DNA of 64,000 nucleotides from Leidyana gryllorum EB-2025a (lineage: Eukaryota; Protista; Apicomplexa), in NCBI GenBank assembly GCA_048772705.1, contig JBLWGC010000002.1, forward strand, positions 186,001 to 250,000, written 5' to 3'. Below, in pieces: positions 32,979-43,275 of the stretch. Position 1 is the first letter of the stretch. Each line of letters begins with the position of its first letter. The translations under genes and the position numbers were made by a program. The notes under the pieces were generated by a model. The model made no database searches. It was not told where the DNA came from and saw only the letters and a list, made by a program, of their open reading frames with translations.

Positions 32979-34751
32979 ATGGAGAACGACTTTGTTGTGG
33001 GTCAACACAGTGACCCGAATCTTTTCCCAAAGAGTCGGGGACTTGTGGCCCGCGCTCTGTCAAAACAGGGAACTGATGAGCCTATAATACTGGACGAAGA
33101 AGAAGATGACACCAAGGAAGTTAGCATAGAGACAGTGTCTCGTCGATCAGCTGTTCTGATCAATGCAGCCGCTGGTTTGGATGGGTGTGATGACCAAATG
33201 TTACCGGCTTCGTTTCGAGCCATGGAGCACGAACTGGGATTCACACCCGTCACGCTGGGCAGAATCACTCTTGCCCAAACATTGGCCTTAGCACTCGCGT
33301 GCCCCATATGGGGTTTCCTCGCCGATCGGATCAGTCGAAAGAAAGTTCTCGCCTGTGGATGTACACTATGGGGTGTCATGACCCTTCTCATAGCCGCCGC
33401 TCACGACTATTGGCAGATAGTTCTCCTCCGAATGGCTAATGGCTTCTTCATGGGCTCCATTGGCCCAATTAGTCAGTCGATACTCGCGGACAGCAGCCGG
33501 TCTGACGATCGGGGATTCGTCTTTGGGTTAGTGCAGACCTGCAGCAACTTTGGCCGCGTTGTGGGTGGGGTCACCACCACTGCCATCGGTCTCCAATTCT
33601 ACTATGGCATCGCGGGGTGGCGGTACTCCATCGGGACCGTGGGGGTCCTCAGTATCGTCCTCGGCATTGTCATAGGATACGCTCTGCCCCCAATCCCCCG
33701 AAACCTAACTCGCAATCTCTCACCCGAAGATAGGGAACTTGTCAACGCAGTCAAAGCCGCCCGGAAGCGAGGTGTCAGTGCCGACGAACTCAGAGAATCC
33801 ACTGAAGGTTTTCTGCTTGGCACAGCCCAGTCAACCGACAGACTCCAACACGCCACCAGTCTGAGCACTGGAGCTTTCATGGGAGACATCTACAAACACA
33901 GCCTACGACGACCATCTGTATGGCTCATTTTCGCCGAAGGGGTCACCGGAATGATCCCGTGGTCAGCACTCAGTTTTATGACAATGTTCTTCCAGTACTG
34001 CGGTCTCACAGATCTGCAAGCCGGGCTCGTCAACGGAGCAATGCTCGCTGGTGCAATGATCAGTGGCCCCATAGGAGGACTTATCGGAGATTGGATGTCA
34101 TCCCGTGCACCTGACCACGGACGCCCCTTCATGGCACAGTTCAGTATGCTCGCACGCATTCCCGTCCTGGTGGTCTGCTTCCTCATAGTCAGCCGCACAC
34201 CCAGCAGTCTGTCAGAATTCTTCTTGTTGGCACTGTGTCTTGGACTGTCAAGTTTCGCTGGCGCCGCCGTCAACAGACCGATTCTCAGTGACGTAGTCCT
34301 CCCGGAACATCGCGCCACCATTTTCAGTATCGCCATCGCATCCGAGGAAGCTGTGGGAGCCTTACTGGGAGCACCATTGGTCGGTCACTTGGCAGAGAAA
34401 TACTTTGGATATATAGCAACAAGCGCTCTTGTCGAAGACACACCACCTGAAGTCAGACATCAAAATGCCACCGCACTCGGTAAGGCTATGGTGTGGCTGA
34501 CTACAATTCCGTGGGCCATCTCATTTGTGATCTATGCGGGTTTGCACTTTACATACGGCAAGGACAAGAAGAAAATACAGTCACTGACACGCCAACGTTC
34601 TCTGGCTCGGGAAGGCCTCTTTGTTGACGCAGAGAAAGAAGGTGCCCATCCATTCTATGGATTACATCAAGATGCGAAAGGCGAAGCTTCAGAGGACAAC
34701 AGCCCAGGCACGTCTCCCGCAGCAAGTCCCAGGACCCTCCAGCCTCAATGA
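32979..34751 (+). CDS. Major facilitator superfamily transporter (spinster-like)
   Basis: Motif A WGFLADRISRKK, ~12 hydrophobic spans, second-half GGLIGDWMS..GRP; first ATG 32979. Confidence 0.92.
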   Translation: MENDFVVGQHSDPNLFPKSRGLVARALSKQGTDEPIILDEEEDDTKEVSIETVSRRSAVLINAAAGLDGCDDQMLPASFRAMEHELGFTPVTLGRITLAQTLALALACPIWGFLADRISRKKVLACGCTLWGVMTLLIAAAHDYWQIVLLRMANGFFMGSIGPISQSILADSSRSDDRGFVFGLVQTCSNFGRVVGGVTTTAIGLQFYYGIAGWRYSIGTVGVLSIVLGIVIGYALPPIPRNLTRNLSPEDRELVNAVKAARKRGVSADELRESTEGFLLGTAQSTDRLQHATSLSTGAFMGDIYKHSLRRPSVWLIFAEGVTGMIPWSALSFMTMFFQYCGLTDLQAGLVNGAMLAGAMISGPIGGLIGDWMSSRAPDHGRPFMAQFSMLARIPVLVVCFLIVSRTPSSLSEFFLLALCLGLSSFAGAAVNRPILSDVVLPEHRATIFSIAIASEEAVGALLGAPLVGHLAEKYFGYIATSALVEDTPPEVRHQNATALGKAMVWLTTIPWAISFVIYAGLHFTYGKDKKKIQSLTRQRSLAREGLFVDAEKEGAHPFYGLHQDAKGEASEDNSPGTSPAASPRTLQPQ

Positions 34752-34806
34752 GCGCGCGGTGTGCGTGCGCGTGTGTGTATGTGTGCCGCGCTTACGATAT
34801 CGCGTT

Positions 34807-36879
34807 TCACGCAGTCCGGATCATGTTAGGAGGGAGACCATATGCGGTTTCCAGTACCTGGCACACCTCTGAGACGAAAGCCCCTTGCACCAATACACCG
34901 ATGGGTTTCGTTTTGCCCTTGACCTCGTCCACTTCACAAGTAGTAGCAGCCGCAGCACAAGCTTTCTGCAGCTTTTCGGCGAGTTGTTTGGGATCAATCA
35001 TTGAGAAATTGTGGATTCCGGCAACCCGAGTACGGGTGAAACGTTTGGTCCGTTGGATGGATACGGTGATATGGGCATCGGCCTCGATCATCCCGAAGTC
35101 TTCTGGTCTTGACAACGCATCCTCTGTATCCTGAGAGGCTTGAAGGAGGAGTGTCACAGCTTTCATCCCGTTGGCAATGAATTTTTGCGCAATGGCTTCA
35201 TTGGTCATTGGCGGTAGATCAGCTCCAGTTTTGAGGGCTTGGCGATCAGCCTTCGAGACACACAGATTGAGCAATCGCTGATCCTCGCTCAACAAGGCAT
35301 CCCACCGGCCGGTGAAAGGCTCAACATCTTCGCTTTGATCTGGAACCTCTTCTCCGAGGGCCGGTTTGCATGAGATTTTGGCAAAGATGATGGCTAATGC
35401 ATCTTTGATTTCCTTATCTTGCAACAGCTGTTTGGGGTTGGTGTATCCAGCTAAAGCGAGGAGATCTTTAGACTGGGCGGTCGGTTGGTAGGCGATTACG
35501 GCTCTCATACTCTCATTGCCTGCGGCATTGGCGCCGGCCGCACCCTCGTTTCTGCCACCCTTCTTTTGAGTCTTGGTGGAGGACCCCGCCTTTTTCCCAC
35601 CCTTGCCGCCGGTAGCGGCAGATACGGGTTCGGTGGAGGCGACGGCCGCGAAGCCTTTGAATCCCTGAACGAGCGGATGTGCGCGATTGACTTTAACAAC
35701 ACCAATGCCACCACGTAACTCCTTGACGGTCCACAACTTATTTTTCTTGAAGTGTGTAGACATTCGCTTCAGGTTCTTCCAACTTGTTTTCTTGAGGTCT
35801 ATGCCGCTCAGATCGTCCAACAGCTTGGCATCGATATCGGTGACACCGCGATGCTCCAACCAGGCTGTCAGCTGCGACACAACGGGCTCTTTGGTAGCGA
35901 TAGGCAGAAGTTTGGTGACCATCCCATAGACTGCACTGGCGTCCATAGGCAGCTGTGAATCCACCAGACGGTTCTTGATGACCTCAAAGAGGCAAAACTC
36001 GATAGCGGCGTCTGCTGCTTGTGTGCTATAGTTCCCTCCGGCGGACTGTTCGTCATCAGACGAGCCTCCGGCGGACTTGGCATCTTCATCATCGCCCTCC
36101 CCGGCGGCTTCTCTGTCAGTGACTTTGGCTGACCCTTTATTACGTTCGCGGTCGCTGTCGGCTGCCTCCTCCTCGTCCTCGTCCTGGGCGGCTGGAGGTG
36201 GTGAGCTCACAGCCTCAACGAGGCCTTCAGTATCGCTGCCGGGCTCGTCGCCTGGAGACGCCGGAACACTGTCACCATTGATAGGGACGCAGTTTGAGGC
36301 AGTGAAACCCTCAGGGAGTGGATCGGGAGTCTTCATCTTGAACAAACTGTCTCCCAGAACATGGTGGACAACAAGGAGTTTGCCCTTGTCTGCTTCGGCC
36401 AGCTCTGCTGCTCGCAACAGAACCTGCCCGACCGCGAATGGATAGGGGTTCCCGGCGATCCGTACAGCCCAAACTTGGTTAATGTCCATACCGATGGTGT
36501 GATATCCTCCGGGAGGCACTATACAACCCGGAAGCATCAGGTCTGCCCCCCTGATTAAATACTTGGGGGTCAACACCTGACAGACTATAGCTGGGAGTAA
36601 GTCGGGATATTGCCACAAAAGATGAAGAGTGGGTATCAGTTGGGCCCCTTTCTTCTTTGATAGCGTAAACATCTTGGGCTGATCATCGGACAGGTACAGC
36701 TCTACTGGCTGACCTTTCACAGAGAAACATTGTATGGGTTCCTCGGGTGGAAACACATTCTGGAATGTTTCTAGCCCGTGCTTGGGGTACTGAGCCACGA
36801 ACGCTTGACGCAGATTTTTGCGGTCCTTCTCGCCCAGCACGTTGCTGCGACCCACCAACGGGCCCTTGGCTCTGAACAT
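34807..36879 (-). CDS. EIF2D: eIF2D/ligatin (PUA, SWIB-like and SUI1 domains)
   Basis: N-terminal MFRAK..KDRKNLR, PTLHLLW, LIRGADLMLPG, DLKKTSWKNL, C-terminal SUI1 (IDPKQLAEKLQKACAAA..VLVQG). Confidence 0.9.
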   Translation of the reverse strand: MFRAKGPLVGRSNVLGEKDRKNLRQAFVAQYPKHGLETFQNVFPPEEPIQCFSVKGQPVELYLSDDQPKMFTLSKKKGAQLIPTLHLLWQYPDLLPAIVCQVLTPKYLIRGADLMLPGCIVPPGGYHTIGMDINQVWAVRIAGNPYPFAVGQVLLRAAELAEADKGKLLVVHHVLGDSLFKMKTPDPLPEGFTASNCVPINGDSVPASPGDEPGSDTEGLVEAVSSPPPAAQDEDEEEAADSDRERNKGSAKVTDREAAGEGDDEDAKSAGGSSDDEQSAGGNYSTQAADAAIEFCLFEVIKNRLVDSQLPMDASAVYGMVTKLLPIATKEPVVSQLTAWLEHRGVTDIDAKLLDDLSGIDLKKTSWKNLKRMSTHFKKNKLWTVKELRGGIGVVKVNRAHPLVQGFKGFAAVASTEPVSAATGGKGGKKAGSSTKTQKKGGRNEGAAGANAAGNESMRAVIAYQPTAQSKDLLALAGYTNPKQLLQDKEIKDALAIIFAKISCKPALGEEVPDQSEDVEPFTGRWDALLSEDQRLLNLCVSKADRQALKTGADLPPMTNEAIAQKFIANGMKAVTLLLQASQDTEDALSRPEDFGMIEADAHITVSIQRTKRFTRTRVAGIHNFSMIDPKQLAEKLQKACAAAATTCEVDEVKGKTKPIGVLVQGAFVSEVCQVLETAYGLPPNMIRTA

Positions 36880-38315
36880 TACCACCAAAAAACTTTGTCC
36901 CAACCTCCCACACTACTAAAAAGAAGAGCCCAAATACGAGTCGAAGCACTCCTCAGAGATCATCATCACTTCAAAAGCTATCATTAGACCAAAAAGTAGT
37001 GACTATCCCAGCGTCTCACGATCCAATCTCACGCCCACCTGTGTCTCACGCTCCTCATCCAGTGTGATTGCGATGGAATCTGTGATTAGGTGTGGGTGAA
37101 GGGGTGTTCAACCAGTGGAGCGAACAGATTCTGCTAACTCGCCAAAGCGGACCAAAAAGTGTGTGTCAGTGGAGAGAAGACAGCTACTTCTGTCGGCTGA
37201 TGGGAACAGCACAGCGTTCTTCTCGAAAGCCAGCAGCAGTGTTTGGGCTGAGGAGAGAAATGCGTGGGAATGTGGACACCGATCAGTCAAAGTGGCGACA
37301 ATTGCTAAAGTGGCTCTCTGACCAGCCGCCTGCAGTGTGACTGCTGGGCGGGCGTGCGTGGATCGCACTATGACTGAAGGACTGCTGAAGGACTCAGTGG
37401 TGCCCTGAAGTTGCGGGGGAGGACGGGTCCTGCGGGGGGGAATACTTCGCTTCCAGAAAAGTTGGCACTGAACTTGTGACGCGCGATAGAAGAGGGGAAA
37501 GCTCCAGGAAGATCACCAACTCTCGAGCCCACAAGGCGAAGGAATGAGCAAAGGGAACGGAATCTGAGGGACGACTATACAGGTGTGAAAGGTAACGGCG
37601 TGGAGCCGAATATGGCCTTTCGGCCCCAACGAGACTCAGCAGCGGTGGGAAGGAAGGGGGGTCGGAATTGCAGTCAAATGTGATCGACGGCTTGAGATGG
37701 GGAGCCAATGAGCCTCGAGGGCCCCTCCCGACTCTACAAATCGGGAACACCGCCCCCGCTCAAAACATGTTGCATCGGGCTCAAAGGAAGCCAAGTACAG
37801 GGCGGAAAGGGCAAAGTTAGTGACCGCCCTCCACGAAGTCGTCGATTCCAAAGCGATGCGGGAGAGCGCTTTGGCAGTCTGACGGTGGGAAGGCTATGCA
37901 CACGCCCACTTGGAGGAGTGAAGCATCGAGCATTCTTCCGCAGGCACAGGTGAGGAGTTGAGATGCACGCGAGGCGCAAGCTGAGAAAGCAGATTGAATG
38001 GAGAAGTTTGATGGGAGATTGGAGGACCAAAGTGGGGGCGGGGGGCTGGAGAGGTTCCATAGGAAGGCGGGGGATTCAATTTAATTTGCGATCAATGTTG
38101 AATTAAGGACTGTTTGTTAGTCTTTGGGATGCATTGGACGGAAGTAACAATGAGATCCATTAATTAAGGGTCAGTGTCGAGAAAAGGGCAATACTGCCCA
38201 AACTGCACGGTGTGTCTCTAATTGTAGTGGATGATTCCCCAAGGCAAGTGAACTTTTAATCATGAATAATCTTTTAATTAACTTCGTTGGCTTCTGTGTG
38301 TCAATGGTATTTAAT

Positions 38316-39620
38316 TTAAACGAGCTTGTAGCTGAGCATTGGGTTCTCCAAATCGCGGACGTAGCCATCTTCGGTGCTGAAGCGGGAGGCGAAGTTCGCG
38401 GCCATGCTCCAGTCGTAGTCGTAGCCGACGTTTCTGTTGGTGAAGATAAGGCGGTCGACAGACCAGACGTCCTGCTTGTCGCGGTTCTCGTAGTCGGTGC
38501 GCTCTCTGTCCCAGCTGTAGATAGTGCGGTTGATGAAGGGAGCAACCCAACCGTAGTAGTTGCCGGCGACGCGGTTCACGATGCGGCCGTATTGCTGGTC
38601 GTGAGTGCGGCACGTCGGGGGGTTAGAGGCGGGGCCACAGAGGATCTCATTGACTCTGGGGTAGTAGTAGTTCCAGCCATCGTTGTCATCCGAGCGGATG
38701 TAGACGAAGTAGTTAGCGCGAGGGATGCGCATCTCCCAGGTGAGGTAAGGACCACCATCAGCGGCCTTGGTCATGATATCCAAGATGACGTTGCCAGCGA
38801 TGGCTTGTCTGTAGAGACTGTAGACACCGAGGGCATCCTTGGCAGGCGGGAGGCGGACCTCGAGGTTCTTGACGTAGAAATACAGGCGGTAGTAGCCACC
38901 CCAGGCGGAAGCAAGGTTGTAGGTCCAGGCCCACCAGATGGGAGTGTACTTGACACCCAAAGGCATGACCAAGACACCCTCGGCGAAGCCGTTCTTGGTA
39001 ATGTCAGTGGCAACCGGAGTAAGCTCGCGAACGGACAGCTCAACCTGATTCCACCGGATGTCCGGGCCCCTGGCGAGGGTGTCGCTCGTGAGACTGCTGT
39101 AGTTGAAGCGGACGAATTGATCGGACCACAGCTCATCCTCAAGGTGCTCGAGGGTGATGTGGGCCTCGTAGTTCTCGAGGTCAGGTTGAACCGGCTCCAT
39201 GTTGATGACCACACCAGTGTCAAGGTTGTCATTGCAGTCGTAGATAGGATGCATGTTGAGGGGCTCAATGCCTTCGCCGTCGGTGAGGCTGCGACTGTAC
39301 CACTCGGGCAGACGGTTGTCGTTGGCGCACCAAGTGCAGAAGCGACCATCACAACCGAAGTTGCAAGGGCAGATGCGGTCAAAGTACCAGGCGAGGCCAA
39401 CACGCTTGGTCCAGTTGGCAAAGTAATCGCGGCCAACGTAGTAATTAGTGTTGCCAGGCCTGAGAGTGGCAGGAGTCACACGAGTGATGGTGTAGAGGTT
39501 GGTCTTGTAATTGTGGTCCCAGGTGTAGAAGGAACCAACCATGTCAGTGCCATGGAGAACTTGGCTGTGGCCAGTGAGAGCGGCGCAACCGAGGAAGAAA
39601 AGCTTGGTGAAACCAATCAT
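38316..39620 (-). CDS. Secreted Trp/Tyr-rich protein of unknown function (434 aa)
   Basis: Signal-like MIGFTKLFFLGCAALTGHS; intronless; strong C-ending codon bias; Cys cluster CPCNFGCDGRFCTWC. Confidence 0.85.
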   Translation of the reverse strand: MIGFTKLFFLGCAALTGHSQVLHGTDMVGSFYTWDHNYKTNLYTITRVTPATLRPGNTNYYVGRDYFANWTKRVGLAWYFDRICPCNFGCDGRFCTWCANDNRLPEWYSRSLTDGEGIEPLNMHPIYDCNDNLDTGVVINMEPVQPDLENYEAHITLEHLEDELWSDQFVRFNYSSLTSDTLARGPDIRWNQVELSVRELTPVATDITKNGFAEGVLVMPLGVKYTPIWWAWTYNLASAWGGYYRLYFYVKNLEVRLPPAKDALGVYSLYRQAIAGNVILDIMTKAADGGPYLTWEMRIPRANYFVYIRSDDNDGWNYYYPRVNEILCGPASNPPTCRTHDQQYGRIVNRVAGNYYGWVAPFINRTIYSWDRERTDYENRDKQDVWSVDRLIFTNRNVGYDYDWSMAANFASRFSTEDGYVRDLENPMLSYKLV

Positions 39621-39754
39621 GATGTTGAACTGGTTGCTCGAAAGGAGTAGAACAGAAGGAGAGAAGAGAAGCTGATGAGCTGATGTTATTTGATAACATT
39701 ATTATATTACCTGTCGCACACACGTGTGCGACCAGATTCCCAGATTGGTGTCCC

Positions 39755-41112
39755 ATGACGACTGTGCTAGTTGGATCTAAGATAACCTCCACACACGTGA
39801 AGGCACACCCTACACAAGGCACAGGTACACCCCAGATTACACTTTTGCGCTATTTCCATTTCAGCAAAAGAAATTGGTGTCGGTGGCCACCCGGATGAAG
39901 TGGATGTCACTGAATCTGTCGATGATTTGGACGATGGCACCGTGGTAGAAGAAGAATCCTTCCAGGAAATCGATAAGCTCTATGAAGTTGGTGTGTCGCT
40001 CGCGGATATCGCTAAGCTGAAGACCTCAGGCTGTTGTACCGTCCTTTCTGTACTTCAAGCTACACGGAAGGACCTCTGTCACGTGACCGGATTCACAGAT
40101 ACGAAAGCCGAGAAGATAATGGAAGCAGCTTCTAAGATCGCTGGTGACTCCTTCAACTTTGTGAGTGGAGCCGCCCTTCTGGTGCGCAGGGCGATGGTGC
40201 TGCGCATCGGGACTGGGTGTCGTGCTCTTGATCAACTACTTGGAGGAGGTATTGAGACCATGGCTATGACTGAGGTCTTTGGAGAGAGTAGGACTGGGAA
40301 AACACAGCTTTGCCATACGCTGTGCGTCACGGGTGAGTCGAACGGTTCAGCTGCTTTGCTTTATGAGGTCGCAGCACAATTGCCACATGAAATGAATGGT
40401 GGGAACGGTAAAGTCTGCTTCATAGACACCGAAAATACCTTCCGACCCGAGAAGATCAAGAAGATATCAGAAAGGTTCGGTCTGGACGGCGATGCGTAAG
40501 TACTGCTTTTGAGAGTTCCTGTCCAGTGATGAATGTGCTTAGGGTGTTGGACAACATATTGTACGCTCGGGCGTATACGCATGAACATCTGAACCAGTTG
40601 TTGTGCGCCGCAGCTGCCAAAATGGTTGAAGACTGCTATAGTATGCTGGTGATTGATTCCATCATGGCGCTCTTCCGAGCCGACTTTTCTGGTCGAGGTG
40701 ATCTGGCAGAGCGTCAACAGGTGCTCGGGCGAACGCTCAACAAGTAAGTATCGTAAAATTCGACCTTCAATGGACTTTTCAATTTCCTCAGGTTGCAGAA
40801 GATTGCTGACCAATTCAACATTGCCGTTTTCTACACGAACCACGTTATGGCGGACCCCTCTGGCGGAGTGGCTTTGGTGGCAAACCCCCCCAAACCGGTA
40901 GGGGGTCACGTGCTCGGCCATGCGTCGACACACAGACTCAGTCTGCGTGTTGCACGGGGAGATGTTCGGATCGCTAAAGTCTACGACTCACCTTGTCTGG
41001 CGGCATCTGATGCTCCCTTTCAAATCTCAGGTGAGTGACGAGTCCAGCGGATGCAGACCGCCAACCACGTATTATTCAAATAGATCAAGGCATCACCGAT
41101 GCTCCACAATAA
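39755..41112 (+). CDS. DMC1: Meiotic recombinase DMC1 (6 exons)
   Basis: [79 protein letters not shown] (GGH = DMC1-type, not RAD51 GGN); introns include 39825-39864, 40333-40374, 41031-41083. Confidence 0.92.
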
Positions 41113-41135
41113 TTGGATGTCTACTAGTGCGGCTC

Positions 41136-42409
41136 CTATTGGCGTGGAGCCTTATCATCCGGAGACTCGTCCTTGTATTTCTTCTCAAGGGCACATATTA
41201 AGCGCCACGTAGCTACCACAACGTTGAATTTCACAGGACGGACCTTACGATCGAGAGGTTGAGATTGCGTGTTGTCCAAATGAGAGTTCAGCCCCAAGGC
41301 AGCGAACAGAGCTTCCGAGCTGCTGCTGTATAGTAACGCTTGTGATAGTTGGCCGATAGTCTGACGCAATTGAGGAGATTTCAAGACTTTAGCCACACTC
41401 GCCACGTCTTGTTTCCCGGGTGGCAGGAAACTAGTGAGAATGTATACTTTTCAGTTAGTCATTGGCAACTTACTCGCACAAATCCTTCATAGCTTCCTCG
41501 TCCGTGAGCAAATTGCTCAGTACATCACCTGTCAGTATCTGCTCCAGCGGTCGCACATTCAACGCTCGTCCGCCTGGCTGCTGCTGTTGCTGCAGCATCT
41601 GCTCGGCATGGCGCGCTTGCAATGCTCGTAGCGCCTGATGGATAGATAGATTCGTGTGGTATCGCCCTGAAAGCCTCACCTCGAGAATCACCTGCTGCTG
41701 GCCCGCCAAGTTACCTCCAGTGGGCGCACCTGGTGCGTTAGCGGCCTGTGAAGATGTCTGTTTGGGAGTCTTTGCCGCCGCGCCAGTCTCACCTGCGTAT
41801 CCCCATCGTTCATTTGGTTATCCGAAGCCGCTTGAGGCGGCGATGGCGCTGGAGCTGCGTTGGCGGGGGGTGAGACAACAGGCAGAGTTGCTTGGATTGA
41901 TTCTGTGGGTTCCGCAGCTTCGGCCAAGACAGCCTGGAAGGTTTGGATGTACATCTGGGTGGAAAGTGGGGTTTGGAGGCGAGAACAATGGGTTCCGTTT
42001 ACCTCTGCTTCTTCAACGTCGCCTTCTTGCAGCCAGAAGACTATTTTGTCTGCATCCGGTTGAGTGACGATCAGCCCCCGGCCATCTGTGCAGTTCTTAG
42101 ACTGGTGGATGGTGGCTCCCGGCATGAGCAGCCAGCTGTCAAAGTCATCTTCCGATGCAGAGTCCTCGAGGCCGCGAGTGCACCACTTGAGGATAAAGTA
42201 GCCGGGCTCAGCGCACTGACAGAGCGAGTGGCTTCATTTGAATCGAGGCAGTATAGTATTGACTCACTCTGAAAAGTGATAAGGTCCCTTTGCTGACGAG
42301 AGGAACACAGAGTCCCTGTACGACGAGGCATTTTCCTGCGCGGCAGGAGAGGATCTGACGAGTGAGTGAGGCGGAGCTCTCTTTGTGCGTTACTTACCCT
42401 TTCTTCCAT
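41136..42409 (-). CDS. RPN13: Proteasomal ubiquitin receptor Rpn13/ADRM1 (multi-exon)
   Basis: Spliced Pru domain MEER|ILSCRAGKCLV..KGTLSLFR|CAEPGYFILKW..CTDGR..VFWLQE; C-terminal VLKSPQLRQTIGQLSQAL (DEUBAD-like). Confidence 0.85.
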
Positions 42410-42439
42410 CTGGTCAAAGTGGGCGAAAAATTGTAGAAG

Positions 42440-43045
42440 ATGGCTGGAGGGGAAGCTCCTCTCATCGTCTCGAGCGAGAAGGTGAGTTTCGTTTTGTTAG
42501 ACGTACTGACTGATTCCTACGCAGCTGGCTGAAGCAAAAAGGGACTACAAGAACGCTCATGACCAATTAATCCGCACCAAGAAAATGCTTCTGGATGCTC
42601 TGCACGAGCAAAAGAGGGCAGAGACGGCCAAGGCGGAGGTGAGTGTGTCTTTGAGACTATACATTGCCGAGCAGATTGAGCAATCAGAAAACTGCAAGAC
42701 CTTCGGTCAAGCTGGGAGAGTGTGAGTCAGTTGCCCGCCCTATCGAAACCTAAATTGTGTGTTACAGTTTCATCAATGTGCCGAGGGGTCAGATGCTTGA
42801 GGATTTGAGTGCTACGATAACCTCAAAGACTGAATATCGCAAGCAGTTCCAGGTACGTTGAGTGTGTCGCGAGACAGTATGTTGCTTTTTGGCTCCAAAT
42901 ACAGGAGTTGGAACAAAAGATGGAGGAACGTGTGGCTGAGAAGAAACAAGCTCTGGCCAATGCTCAGGCTGAAGTGCTGAATGAACTTTCTCAGAAACAG
43001 GCCGCTGCCGGCGGTAGTAAAACCGACGAGCCTCCCAAGGCATAG
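42440..43045 (+). CDS. Prefoldin beta-type subunit (PFDN1-like; 5 exons, missed by the ORF track)
   Basis: Four short introns give coiled coil, KTFGQAGRCFI hairpin, coiled coil (cf. PFDN1 YEGVGRMFI); stop TAG 43043-43045. Confidence 0.7.
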
Positions 43046-43275
43046 ACGGCGGCACCATTGGCTTTGCAATGGACTGTGTGTGCGGATTGTGGTGGTGGTG
43101 TGCTCTTCATCCTCAATGTGCTCGGTTTCTTGTCGAAGAGCCCCGGGACAACACATTGTGCGCTCGCACGATATATGTTCATATTCACCCTCACACACTA
43201 ACTAAATCATTATGAGTTTCTCTTTGTCTGGTGAACGAACGAACGAACGATCGATCGATTGATTGGCTCTGTCTC

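Noticed and set aside
37490-37710. RNase P/MRP RNA (ggaaagctcc.., ggaatctgag, atggggagc)
   Set aside because: Only partial resemblance to CR-I/CR-V; I could not build a proper P4 pairing. Needs a covariance-model search.
38262-39650. 462-aa plus-strand ORF
   Set aside because: Antisense shadow of the codon-biased minus-strand secreted gene; V/A/G/D-rich composition typical of such shadows.
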